A stretch of DNA of 63,995 bases, the filler included, from Folioceros fuciformis (taxonomy: Eukaryota), in assembly GCA_049999805.1 (NCBI GenBank). It is 6 parts of 6 records of this genome, joined end to end, with 100 filler letters (N's around TTAATTAATTAA, not from the genome) between each part and the next. Parts side by side here need not be neighbours in the genome. Positions count along the whole stretch, not along the records: positions 40,941 to 50,641 come from JBNGIO010005841.1; positions 50,742 to 53,672 come from JBNGIO010005843.1; positions 53,773 to 60,896 come from JBNGIO010005844.1; 3 more parts are not named here. One strand, given 5' to 3'. A program made the translations under genes and the position numbers. Below, piece after piece: positions 48,301-60,896 of this stretch. The notes beneath the pieces are model-generated. The model was not told where the DNA came from. It searched no databases and worked only from the letters and a program-made list of their open reading frames with translations. Position 1 is the stretch's first letter. The number at the start of each line of letters is the position of its first letter.

Positions 48301-49656
48301 ATTTGCACACAAAGATGTCGTCGCAGCAGATTACGCTCGTCCAGAATATAGAAAAAAAAGAGCGCTAGATTAGATAGAGGGTTGCAAAGCCAAGAGGCAT
48401 AAGAAAAATTTGCGCAGAATTCCAGAAAGCTGGAATAATCGCATTGGCGTGCACGTTAGGTTTGCGCACGTCACGAATTACCATAGCTTTGATACCATGA
48501 TAAGGATTAGATGCTAAAGGTGCGCCATTGTATTAGCATAAAGAAAAGGTGAATATAGTGCCGCGGTCTTGTGACCTTGACGCGGTGACGATTAGGGTTT
48601 CCTAACCATCTAGCCCTAAGCCTGTCTCTCTGGGTTAGTAGACATAACCTACCAGAACAGATCCCACCCCAAACCCTAACTAATTATTTTTGGCGTAGGC
48701 GCTGCCACGGGTTTCCACCCATGGGTTTCTGCCCTAGACCTTCCTCACTCACAGAGCTGGCTTATTCCATGCTCCTCACACATGCAAGGGCTAATCCTTG
48801 GGGAACAAAGCCTTGCGGATCAGCCACACCTCCCCACACACTCATGCAACACTCCATACACATGCAAATCACACACAAGAGCTCTAGTTCACAGTTATTC
48901 TTACAGGCCTGCCCCCAAGGGTCTCAATCTCCAGCAATGTCCAAAATCTTCCAGCAAATCCTTCACCACTCCTCACAATCCCTCACAATCTCTCATGGGC
49001 TTCAACAAGCTCCAACAGCTGCTCACAAACACTTCAAAATCTCGTAAAAATCCTCCAGGATTCGCATCAAATCTTCAGTACTCTTCCTCCATTCTCCAGC
49101 AACTTCTTAGCTGTTTTCTCTTCAATTCTCCAGCAATGTTCCCAACTCTCCAGCAATCTTATAGCAACTCCAGCAACCTTCCACTGTCCTCCACAAACGT
49201 CCAAGGATTCCTAAGAAATTCCCTAGCAATCTCGTCCAAACCTCAGCAATCTTCTTCAACAATTTCTCAGCGATTCTTCCAGCAATCTTCCAATAATTCC
49301 TCACATCTCCTCACAAGCTCCCACACTTCTCAACCAGTCCTCCACAAATGTCTAGGGGTTCCTTAGAAATCCCCAGCAATCTCGTTCAAACCTCAGCAAT
49401 CTTCCTCAACAATTTCTCAACGAATCTCTTCAGTTCTCCACCGTCTCTCAGCTCTCTTTCTCACCAAATTCAGCACGTAGTTAATGGTTCATGGAATAAG
49501 GGAAGGAGAAACACTCCATCCACTCTAGCAGCGGTGGATTCGTCCCCCTCTTCTCAGCTACGGACCAAAATCAGTCCTCACTCACTCTAGCTCCTCAGCC
49601 TCCTTCTTCTCCTCACTCACTCTTCAGCCTTCTCCTCCTCACTCACTCTTCAGACT
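42398..49656. mobile_element. Large LTR-like element inserted in the Copia INT and itself interrupted by Copia element 5 and an LTR of family A
   Basis: Begins TGTGGGGG where INT coding stops. Shares a CCACAC...GGGATTCG.TCCCAAGGGA block with the end of the 55605-60189 element. Contains 20-21-bp tandem repeats at ~42760-42866 and C/A-rich repeats at 48900-49650. Confidence 0.55.
42874..48659 (-). mobile_element. Older full-length Ty1/Copia element 5; 162-bp LTRs (42874-43035, 48498-48659)
   Basis: About 14 LTR mismatches by eye. PBS is the reverse complement of GCTTTGATACCA at 48486-48497; TSD GGTCC/GATCC. Fragmented gag (47202-47700), PR (WYIDSGAS), INT, RT (YVDD) and RNase H. Confidence 0.92.
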
Positions 49657-50641
49657 TGTGGAGGCAAAACCCCGGGCACTGATTGCTAACGGGTTCCACC
49701 TTAAGTGGCCACACTTATCCCACTGTCGTTGAGACATTGGGTTTCGTTCCCACGAAGGAGCGATGGGGTTCCTTGCTGCTGTGGATGGAGGGTCGGACTT
49801 GATCGACTCGATGATGGATTCGAGGGCTCCCCTCCAGCTCCGATCAGGCGTAGGACAGGCCTCGCTGTCCGGCGGTCAGTTGCACCTCTCGATGCCCACA
49901 AACTCACTCCAGTCACTACAACGACCCTAACCTCTTAGATCTGCGACTTCCCTCACTCACTTCACTCACTCTCTCACTCCAGCACCAACACCAGTAACTA
50001 ACGATGACACCACTACCTTCTACACTTCCCTACTGACTCCTCCTACCCGGCAAGAGTCACTAGACTAACCCCAAAGAAAAGAAAGAAGGGAACACACTCC
50101 CCTCTTGGATATCTCCTCCCCACAACCTTACCAAAGGCCATGAGACATGGCCGGCCTATAGCACTTGTCCAAGCAAGGAACAAGAGTGGACAGGTCGAGA
50201 GAAAGACACATCCTTTACAATCAAGAGCTAGGGGCAAGCCCCTTCACCCTGGTCATTACACCTTGTGATCCTACCAGACACTATACAACTGGCAACACGC
50301 TGCCCGCGATCCTACCAGACACTGTACAGGCGGCAACACGCTGCCTGCGATCCTACCAGACACTGTATAGCCGGCAACACGGGGCTTGAGAAGGGATAGA
50401 ATGACTCCCAAAGTGAATGACTCCCTCCTCCTACAGGCTCTCTTATAGGAGCCTCTCTCTCTCTCTGACTTCACCTCTCTCTAACTTGAGAAATATTATT
50501 TTAATAGGACCACTAGACTAGCCGGCTATCACCAGCCACTTATTTAGACTTCTAGCACATTCTGCCACCAATGAGCTCCTGGCCCTACGACCACAAGGAT
50601 CTACCACCGCTTAGACTATCCTGAGACTTCGGAGGATGTCT
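49657..50641. mobile_element. Left part of a family A LTR, truncated by the gap
   Basis: High similarity to 6052-7043 starting from TGTGGAGGCAAAACCCCGGG. Confidence 0.9.
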
Positions 50642-50895
50642 NNNNNNNNNNNNNNNNNNNNNNNNNNNNNNNNNNNNNNNNNNNNTTAATTAATTAANNN
50701 NNNNNNNNNNNNNNNNNNNNNNNNNNNNNNNNNNNNNNNNNAAGACCATAGAACATGGAACTCAGGCGGTTCTTGTTGTCTTGAGCCATAGGAGCCATTC
50801 TATATATCAAATCAACGTCCTAAGCTAAGGGATTAGGCCAGGGAGAGGAGACAGAGGCCTGTCTAGCAGAGACCAAGAGACAGGCCTCTACAGCA

Positions 50896-51058
50896 TAGAC
50901 CAGCCGTCAGAACCAGCAGAGAGCAGCCCAACCGTCAGAACCAGTAGAGAGCAACCCAGCCGTCAAAACCAGTAGAGACCACCCCAGCTGTCAGAACCAG
51001 CAGAGACCAGCCCAGCCGTCAGAACCAGCAGAGACCAGCCCAGCCGTTAGAACCAGCC
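50896..51058. repeat. Tandem array of ~24-29-bp units
   Basis: CCCAGCCGTCAGAACCAGCAGAGA recurs about six times. Confidence 0.85.
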
Positions 51059-51059
51059 T

Positions 51060-51760
51060 CAAGCAATCCCGGACCCCTAGAAACCAGCGACAAACCTGAA
51101 CCGAGCTACCAAAACCTTACCTAAAGCAGAGAGGTGAGCTAAGAGCGGGCAGACATACCTGCTTGTCAGCGACGTTCGGAGAAGTAGGTGGGCACAGCGT
51201 TGGCAGCGCTCAAGCTGAAATCCCATCCCCACCGATCTATGTCTGTACAGCAGTAGAACCAGGTAGGAGCAGCCCCCCGGATGTTGAGTTATCGAGCTCT
51301 ATATGAGCTAAACTCATGTGGTGTTAGTTATCCCAGTTGGGTTCATACTAGACTAGTTCTAGTTATTAGTGAACTTAGGATAGTGTAGATTATCCCATAT
51401 TGAACCTGGAAGTTGTGTAGCCCTAAATGTACTACGTAAATGGAGACCTCGGACCTCCATAGTAAGACAGTGGTGATGTGTATTGTTTTCATGGTTGTGA
51501 TCACCAATACCACCCTCTCTTCTCTCCTCTCCTCTCCTACACTTGCACGTAGACTGGAGTCGATCCTATTGACACCGGACCCCTAGAAACCAATCGAAAG
51601 CAGAATCGAGCTACCAGAAACTTCCCCAAAGTAGAAAGCCGAGTTACCGCAACCTTACCCAAAGCAGCAAGGCGAGCTAAATATGGTCTGGGAAATGGTG
51701 GGCGCCACTTACGGGCCATACGATTTCAAATCACCGCCCATGAACCGGCTCACCGGAACC
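51060..51760 (-). mobile_element. Probable LTR-retrotransposon leader fragments with PBS-like TGGCGCCCACC
   Basis: GGTGGGCGCCA at ~51697-51707; duplicated block at 51070-51145 and 51576-51680. Confidence 0.4.
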
Positions 51761-52299
51761 CAACTCGACACGCCATTCATAAAGGACTGTGAGTGATCAG
51801 TCGGGGGGACATACATCTGTAGATGTTCGAGGCTGTTGTTCCAAAGTAGACCTTCAGTTGTCTCGGATTCCAGATCAAGTCTCTTTGGCACTTATCATCA
51901 AGGGGTCAATGCTACTCCTATGATCCGCAAAAACCTAGACCATACACAGGGGGATCTTTCCGGCCTCCAGTTGTGCTCTATGCGGCCCGATTACAACGAG
52001 GCCTCCTTGGTTTCCAATGAGAAATGGCACTTTTAGCACCCTTCAGCAGAATTGGTCCTTCATCAGAAACATTATCCCCCACAATTGTCAAGGTTTCGGA
52101 CATGATTACTTTCTGCTCCGGGGAAATCATGGCAATTGGAAATAGTCCCATAGTCACATTCCACATCAACAATCCTGCTCTTCACGCAATTCGGTAATAT
52201 TCTTGGTCACCTTATTCAGCGCCTGCAGCTGCTCCCGATTTTGTTTCCTGCCCCTCATAAGCTCAGCCTCTTCATCCTTCAAGAGCTGCCCGGCCGCCT

Positions 52300-52517
52300 A
52301 CTGCTACTGCAATCACATCTTTCCTTGCAATACATCCCTTGAGAACCCGATAGAAAACAGAATCTGGAACATATTCATCATCTTGCACCAAGAGTTCCAA
52401 GGCCAGCACAAACTCACAAACCCGTCCCCACTCAGTCTGAGACAATTTACTCCAGACTCCATGTCCAAAATCATCCTTCATCTTGCAAGAATCCACCTCG
52501 TTAAAACGAGAGTGCAA
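52300..52517 (-). pseudogene. 5' fragment of a PLS-PPR gene
   Basis: GRVCEFVLALELLVQDDEYVPDSVFYRVLKGCIARKDV aligns with GKLSEAIVALESLAHMDSAISHSLLRTVLKLCTSRKNL of the intact PPR, then breaks off. Confidence 0.6.
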
Positions 52518-54099
52518 GCTTGATCATGCTCTGAGCTTGATACTTGCGAGCTCTCCCAAACAATAAAAGTCAGATATGCAATCTCACTCAAGCACTGAAT
52601 GCGTCAAACTAGCGTAGGATCGGTAGCACACGGCGTAGAGAGGAAGCTTAGAAAATCAGAATAGCCACTTGTGAATGTGGGTGTAAGGCCATAAGAGGCC
52701 GTGTCATGTGACAGGTACGGCGGTTGACTATTAACGTTACGACTGTGCACCTGTTCGTGCACTTATATAATAAATATATATATGTGTAACTATTCGCTTA
52801 ACGACCTAAACTATGCATGACGCCGGGATACGGGCTAGTTAGGGCAACCTATCTCGCTACCCCCACTTAGACTGTAATCCCGCCGTCGTGAACCTCACAT
52901 GCGCCGTAATCCGTGCCGTCTCTCAGCTTGCGCATACTCTCCGTCTGTAGATCGAGTTGTAGCTATGCTGAGTGTTGGCGGAATTTCGCACTTGGACGGC
53001 AGCTTTATCCTACAGCTCCTGCTTGGGCTGCTAGTTTGTGTCGCCACCTGGGAGTAGAAAAGATTTTCCGGGAGGAGTTCAAGGCTCCAGAAAGGCTGGC
53101 AGACTTGAGCTTGGCAGGGAGGAAAGGCTGCGCCACAGGATGAGGATGTTGCATGCTCAACTCCGGCAGCTCAAGGGATTGTCTCCTGCTTCTGACGAGG
53201 AGGAATTTCGTAAGTTGTCGCCATGTCCAGGTCTTGCCATGATCTTAGACTCTGCATGCTGTGACGCGGAAGGCAACCTTGTCTTTAGGTATGCTCCATT
53301 TTGGAGATGCCCTGAGGTGGCGGCGGAGATGGCAGGCGCCTAGTTGTTTTGTTTGCCTGTAGCACACAAAGGAAAGCAAGCATAGCTGCCCTGTTGTGCG
53401 CCCATCCGCCCCCACTAATTGTGACAAGCGCTAACCTTGTGAGTGAGTGCGTGCATGTGCAGTTGTGTGCAGGTCAAGGGTTTGTCTTGACTACAAATCC
53501 CAAACCTTCACAGTGCGCGGTATGGCGCTCCTTAGGTAGTGGTTTTGTGAACAGGTCAGCAAGGTTCTGGTCTGCAGGTACGTAGACTAGGTCTATCTCA
53601 CCTGACTCCACGGTTTCTCTGATGCAGTGCTGCTTCACTGCAATATGTCTTGTTCTGGAGTGGTGAACTGGANNNNNNNNNNNNNNNNNNNNNNNNNNNN
53701 NNNNNNNNNNNNNNNNTTAATTAATTAANNNNNNNNNNNNNNNNNNNNNNNNNNNNNNNNNNNNNNNNNNNNCTACATGGGACCTCATGAATCTCATCTG
53801 CGGGCAACCATTCTCCTTCTTGCAAGCCAGTGTCACCCACCACCCTTGCCTCATCTGCCATTCCCAGTGGCAACAAAATCTCCTTTGCCTACAGCGTAGG
53901 TGCACCTTCCTAGAAGCCACTACTATCCTCTGCCATGGCTTCAATTGCACCTTTCTCCTCACAGCCCTCGTTCCATGGAAGGTGCAGCAAGTTGCCATTG
54001 CTGCCACCTAACAGACCTTGCAGGAGGACTTCACCATGCACCTCACTTGCGACCTTCACTGTTACATCTTCGTCCTCATTAATGGAATATAGCTTATTT

Positions 54100-55604
54100 T
54101 GAAATAGATATGTGTTAAAACATAATGGTGATTTCAATTACAATTAAATTAGGTTTAGTTTTATTATTTGTTAATTAATAACCATCAATAATTGTTTTTG
54201 TATAAGACCCTTTCTTTGTATGTAATTTGTATCATCTTTCGATTCCAACTTGCTCTTGTCCCTCGTGCTTACCTCTTGCACGATCTTCACACATGTGATC
54301 CTAGGCTACCAACTTCTTTATGGTATCAGAGCCTTGAATCTGCTCATCTCCCATGTAGCTAAGCCTCATGGGGTAGCTATGCTTTTCCTTTTTTGTTAAA
54401 AAAAAAAATGGAAGAGGGGAACACATCCCACTTGCCTTCAACGAGGCAAAATAGCAAAAAAAAAGGAAGCATATGGAGCGCCCCAGCCACACTTCCTGGA
54501 AAAATGTAGCAGATGCATCACGGCATCCTTCCCTCAAAAGTAATCGAAAGGATTGAACCCCATACCAATCCAGAGGCACACCCACTGTCCGACTCTGTCC
54601 TAGCGATTTTTAGCAGCGGCCCCTCTAGAAGGAACCGCAACGACTTGCAACCACGGGACATTGTAAGGAGGTGCGCACACCGGCAGCCCGTTTCGAAGAC
54701 ATGCAGCAGAAGCAGCCAGCATGACTTGCATCCTTGTTCGTGATCCACCGCACCCAACCAACTACGATGGAATTATGGAATTCTGCCACAATTTGTAGGT
54801 GATGCTGGCTGATTGCAGTCGCGAGGCAGGGGCTAATCAGGTGCACGGCGCAAGGATCAAAATTGTTGAGTAGCGGGTGCAAATTGAAGACGCTGCACAC
54901 ACAGCGGCTACGTGGCGTAGGGATCAAAATTGTTCAGTAGCGGGTGCCAATTGGAGGCACCACGCACACAATGGTTACCATCGGCGGCCACGCCCTAACC
55001 GCCGTGCGCACCCTGATCGCAGTTTTTTTTTTAAGGAGTATTTCCAATTCGAGGCGCTGCACTAGACGGAAGTTAAACCCAGGTGGCTCGGGTGATAGAC
55101 ACGGTCACTAACCACTATACTAAGGTAGCTTCTTATTTTGCTGTTGTTTTCAATTAATTTATGTACACTAGCTTAGATCCTTTACATCTCATCGGTTGTA
55201 ATATGCTTTGGTACTAATCATTGTTTTTGTGTATTTTGATCTCAATGATGATAGTGATGACAGTGAAGCATTCAATACATTGGTTTTTAGATTCTGGAGC
55301 CACTAGTCATATTTGTTTTGATAGACACTCATTCAAAGCTTTCTCACCCACATATAATGCCAATCAGTTTGTGCTTTTGGATGATGACAATGGGCTTTCC
55401 ATCAAGGGCTTGGGCTCAGTGGTCATACAGCTCTCAGACGAGTCTTCACTTATACTTTCTGGTGTTTTATTTGTCCCATCTATGACCAAAAATTTGATGT
55501 TAGTGATTAAGTTGTCACAAGAACACTCTTGCTGAGTCTGCTTTGATCAATATGGTTGCACTGTAATGCATGTTCCATCAAGTCAGGACCTTTTCATAGG
55601 CACC
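54100..55604 (+). mobile_element. Copia 5' remnant: LTR end, PBS and protease fragment
   Basis: TGGTATCAGAGCC at 54321-54333; WFLDSGATSHIC...VLFVPSMTKNL at 55221-55535. Confidence 0.8.
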
Positions 55605-58600
55605 TGTGGAGACCATATGGTAGATAGGCCTCTTAGAAAATGGGTGGTATTTGTTTTTTTTGGAGTTTTGATAGAATTCCTTGGAGAGGTAATTAGGAAA
55701 CTATGTTAGATAAGGCTAGATTAAATAGGATGATCAGGGTGGTGTAGTTTAGAAAGTCAACAATCGTCTAGCTAACCCATGGCCGTGGAAAGTGTGAAGT
55801 AGGGGGTAGGGTGTGCCCGTGGAGAGGGACGCCGGCGTGTGTGGAACCCTAAGTCGGCGTGTGAGGGTGAGTTGGGGCCTCGGGAGCGTGCGGTTGGGCA
55901 TAGGCATGGGGGTGGCGTGCTTAGACTTGCCATGGCCTTGCCCAGGTGCGCCGGGGGGGCTAAGGATCCTGAGAGCAGGCAGCTGGATAGGCCAGGAGTA
56001 GGGCCAGGCTTGGCCGGATCCTGGTCTGCAGGCGGGCTGACCTGCTATGGTGGGACTCCCGACAGGCCAGCTGATCGGCGGCTGCAAGCCTCAGCTTGAT
56101 CCAACAGGCCGGGGTGACCGCAAGCTGGCTCCACGCAGGGTAGTAGGTGGAAGGCCTGCCAACATGTAGGTAGGTAGGCCGGGTAGCGGCAGAACGGCTG
56201 GCCGGATTAGCAGACCGGCGGGATCCGAGGTGGTGGCTTGGATGTGGTCGGATCGGGGGCAGATAGCAACCGGACTCTGGCTGGCGGATTTGGCCAGGGG
56301 TGGATCCGGGAGTGGCAAGCGGTCTGGGTGGCTGGCCGGGCCAGCAGCGGCTCGGCTGTTGAAGCGATGGCGGGCCACCCAGCAGATCAGGCCGGCTGGC
56401 TAGCACGCTCAGGTGGCCTCCTAGCTGGAACAGGTGACTAGCGGCGGCTGGGGGGCTAGCGAATCTAGCCCGCCAGGCGGCCACGTTGGTCAGCAAAGCA
56501 GGGGGCTGGGCTAGCAGCGGTCTGGCTGCTCGCCCAGCCGAGCTGGCCGGCTGGGCATGGCTGGAACAGGTGACAGGTGGCGACGTTAGCTCTGGGCGGA
56601 CCGGTTTAGCAAGTAGCCAAGCTAAGCAGGTTGGCAGCCTGGCCAAATCCGGAAGGAGGGAGGCCAGCTTGTGGCCTCTGGCAAGGGGCCTGGCAGTAGG
56701 CTGCCAGGAGGGTTAGCAGCGGGAGTCGGCCTAGCTACTTGGCCAGTAGATCCTGGAGCCGGGCAGGCGACCCAGCACTGGCGCAAGTAGGCAGCCGGCA
56801 GGTCGCAAGTTGGCAGGGGGGGTTGGCTGTCGGGTCTAGCTAGCTTGCGGGCTAGATCTAGCCGGCAAGCAGACCGGCCAAGCAGGGCGCAGTTGACTTG
56901 GCTGGGCACTGGAGGCTGGCTGCCCAAGCCATTGACCGCAGCTGCCCGGCTGCCTGGCTAGCTGGCTCAGCTGGCTGATTCAGGCTGCAGGTAGGCGCCA
57001 ACGCTTGGCCGGCTGCGAATGAGGTTGGAGCGGACCCAGGCAGGCTGCGGGCTGAATCCAGCAGGCCGACTAGCTAGGTGAGTCACGAGAGGTGGCCGCT
57101 TGGCTAGATCAGCAGGGTGGGCGGAAGCCGAGTCCAGGCCAGGTGGGTGGGGTAGAGACTAGATTGGTGGGCTCCAGGAGCTGGCTGGGATCCAGGCAGG
57201 CCGAGGAATGGAGAATTTAGGCAGCCAGGCCGACTAGCTGGACCGTGGCCAGTCGGTGGGCTAGCTAAGTTGTGGCTACAGGGGATGGATCCGGCCGGAA
57301 TGGCAGACCGGCTGACAGCGACCTTACAGGTGGATTCGTCCAGGCAGGCGTTGGCCAGATCGAAGGCAGCCTAGCGGGCGAGTCAGTAGCAGGCTAGCAG
57401 GTAGTCAGATGGTGGGTAGGATCGATCAGGCAACAAGGCGGCTGGGGAAGCCAGGCAGTGACTGGCTGCAGGAACCAAGCAGTCAGGCACGCTACCTCGC
57501 TAGATCCGGAGGGCAAGAGGCCGGTGTCTGGCCACGGTGCAAGCGGCCTGGCGCTGAAGGCTAACCGCGTGGGAGGAAGGGCTCCAGATGGCTGGGGCCG
57601 GATTTGGTCGGCCAAGGGATTAGAGGGGAGCACTGGCCTCCAGGTGACCGGTGCTCTGAGCAAGCGGGTGCCAGGATCAGTCTAGCAGACTGGCTGGTTG
57701 GTGGAGAATCTAAGCCTGGCCAGATTGCTGGGGCTGAGAGGGCCGGGGTGGATCCGCTCAGGCGGCCTGTGGTCGGCAGAGGTAGATCCAGCCAGCAGCA
57801 CGCCGAGAGCGGGTTGTGGCTGACCGGCTGATGGCTAGCTGAGGAGGGATCAGCCAGGTCGGGCCATGGCGGCTGGGGAGGTGGCTAGTCGGGCAGGTGG
57901 CCTAGTCGGCCAGGGTGGTGGGCGACAGCCGGGGTCCCGGCCAGTCAGGCCAGGGGTGGACCTGGACGGGCTGGTCGGCAAGGCCGATGGTCGGATCCCG
58001 GGCAGCAGGAATGGGAAGGCTGGTAGCTGGCACCGAGAGCCTGACAGGATCGGTAGGCTGCACAAGCCAGACGGCCTTGGGGGAAACCAGCCAGGCGTAG
58101 GCTGGCGGCATGGCTGGATCCGGCAACCCACGAGGCTGGTGTGTGGCCTCGATCCAGGCCAGCCAGGGGGATCCAGCCTGGGGCCGGGGAGAAAGCCTGG
58201 GTAGATCTTGGCCAGGATGCAGGCAGCCTAGCCGGGGCGGAAACTAGGTTGGTGGGATCCGACTGGGTCTAGGAAGGCATGAAGCAAGCGGGGACGGTCC
58301 AATTGCCCAGACGGATCGGGGAGTGGCGAATCGGTGCAACATCAGGCTGAAGTCCCCGAGGGGTAGGATCATGAGGAGGACTCTGCTTCCATTGCAAACC
58401 GGGGGGTTGTGGAAGAACATCCTAGAAAACCAAAGTGAAGGTGGCTTTGAGAGTTATATGGGCGAGGGGTTCTCCCTGAAGAGTTTCTCCTTCAACGAGC
58501 ACAGGAAGGAAAGGCAGCTGCACAGAAGCAAGTTGAGACAGTTATCTGTGCGTTGATAGATTTCGGCAGAAGTTAATGGAAGAGCATGCGCCCGAACTGA

Positions 58601-60189
58601 AAGATGCTCATGCAAAGGAGCTGATGAAGGCCGAAGCCGCACACCTTCTACAGAAGGAGATTATTAAGGAGCAACGGGAAGCTAACGAGAGGGTGAGGTC
58701 ATTGCAACAGGCAGCAGAGGAGAGACTAAAGAGTGAACTCAGGCGAAGGGATTAAAATAGCTCGACTTTGGCTCCGGCTCGAGTCTTGCTTCGAGCAAGG
58801 GGGTTACGATGACCTGGACAAGGGTCGGAGGCGTCGGTTGCCAGAAGAATGTGTACAGGCGTACACATTCAATTAGTACAGACGTGCTGCTAGTGGGTGG
58901 GAAGCCCAATGATGGTTATGTTGACAGGAAGGGTGCAGGATGATCTGAGGGGGAGGGATGATCTGATCCGAGAGAGGAGGGGAGGGTGTTGAGAAGCACT
59001 ATTGATTTTTGCTAGTGGTGAGAGGCTGATAATTTTGGATAGGGGGAAACCAGTGGTGTCCAAGGGGGTAACGGGCAATTAGGTGCAGGGGTAGGTTAGA
59101 GTTACGCTTGGTTTAGGTTGGGGTCAAAACTAGGTCTGACTATGTTTAGGTCTGATTAGGTTAGGTCAGACTTAGGACTAGGTTTAGACTTGATTAGGGC
59201 TAGGTCAGACTTGGCTTAGGTTTAGGTTAGAACTGGGTGTAGGTCAGAGTTAGGTGCAGGTGCGGCTTAGGTCAGAGAGAGACTGTTAGGTGGTAGATTG
59301 AGGTTAACCCTAGTAGGGGGAGATGGAGGGTTGGGTGAAGGCAGTATAAGAGGCCAGGCCACTCATTGAGGGGGAGGTTCTTTTTGGTGAGAGCTCCTGT
59401 GACCTTGTGTGCAGGCTACTGGGTTAGAGGTTTAACCCAGTATGCAGATGTGCCTCGGCCTTGATTCCCCATGCCACTAGGGAAATGTGGTGGCTCCCAA
59501 AATCGCCGAGATCTGGGTGGCCAGATCCGTAGGGGCTGACTTTTCTTGCATGCTGGATGGGTAGTTGGGGTACCTTGATGTCCCTAAGGGGTTTCCAAGG
59601 TAACGGATTGCAGGGCTGTGAGCCGAGAAGGCCATCCAGCCTAGGTCTGCACATCCCTACCTCAAGGATTGCAAGTGAGGGGCTGCTGTGTTTCAAAGTC
59701 CGGGAGTGAGACGTGATGGTGAAGGATTGAAGAGCTGAAGTGCTGGAGAAGTGCTGGAGTAGAGACTTGAAGTGCTGGAGTAGAGAGTTGTTGTTGAGGT
59801 GAGGAGCTTAGGTGCTGAAGTTCTCAATCAGCTGCTAAGGTTGCTGGCATTTAGGGCTGAGAGTGGAGGTTGAGGCCAGGGCTGGAACCTCCTCCCAGCT
59901 GCTGAGGCCGGCTAACACCCGGAGCTAGGAGTGGGAGCTGAAGATGATGCTGAGTCCTCATTCAACTGGGGTTGTAGTTGGTGTTGAAGACAGGGTTCTG
60001 ATCTTTTTGCTGTAGTGTGGTTAGATCTAGGAGCCGGCGGATAGGTAGCATCAGATTAGGGTAGAGTGGGGGAGATTGTAGAAAACCTTGACACTGGTTC
60101 ACTCCCTTGGGAGCGAATCCTGGTACTACGACGATTATAAGGGGAAAGTGTGGCCCTTGGTGGTACTTGGATGCAAGTTCCACTCCACA
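55605..60189. mobile_element. 4.6-kb LTR-like element with GC-rich low-complexity interior and no TSD
   Basis: The termini TGTGGAG and CTCCACA are inverted repeats. Copia coding sequence is cut at both borders. The right end resembles (inverted) the starts at 6052 and 42398. Confidence 0.6.
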
Positions 60190-60896
60190 ATATCATCATC
60201 AAGTCTTGGAATATCTCCATTGACGTGTCCCCACACACCAACCTCCCGGAGGAAGCCTCGTATCCGCATCACCCAGACATCATAGTTCGCGCCGCTGATG
60301 AGACGATCTTTGTCCTTGAAATCGATTTTAACAGCAGGGAGACGCTCAAAGTTAAGTCTATCCTGCCGCTCCTTCTCTTCCCTCTCTCTCCTTTCGTCCT
60401 CTAAATCAGCTTTAAATTTATCCTATCTCTCTTTGTCTTTTCTAGCTCGCTCACGATCAGCATCGTCCCCCATTTCAGGATGATCAACGACCTCTTGAAA
60501 GAGGTTCCTCAAGCTTGCAAGAACCTGTACACTGGGAAATCATTGGGCGAGAAGTGCCCTTGCATCCTAGCTTCGCATTGATCAGGACAGACGTATCTTC
60601 TTCCTCAGCGCTGCCTTCCAAACCAACCACGACGCGGCTCCATGCTCAGCAGGTAGGACTATGATCTGGCAGTATTCCTGCCTTCCAAACAACTGGCTGC
60701 CTCATGGTTGATGATCCTGCAACTAGCGCAATGCCCCACGGACCAAGCTTTGCTGTGCGCAGGTGTTTAAGATCAACGGAGTGCAAGTCTTGCCCGCTTG
60801 CACACCGGAAAAACACCAGTGCATGGGCCACCGGGCCAGAGCTTCTTCTCTCGCAAGCATGGCCTGGATTGCCCGCTGAATCAGAAATGCGAGCTC
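60190..60896 (-). mobile_element. Copia gag N-terminal fragment
   Basis: The minus-strand translation KDRLISGANYDVWVMRIRGFLREVGVWGHVNGDI matches the Copia gag N-terminal pattern. Confidence 0.65.

Noticed and set aside
52913-53585. Possible gene fragments before the gap
   Set aside because: Short overlapping ORFs with no recognisable family; cannot be supported.
55749-58204. Pro/Ala/Gly-rich ORFs up to 228 aa
   Set aside because: Expected by chance in high-GC low-complexity DNA; no motifs recognised.
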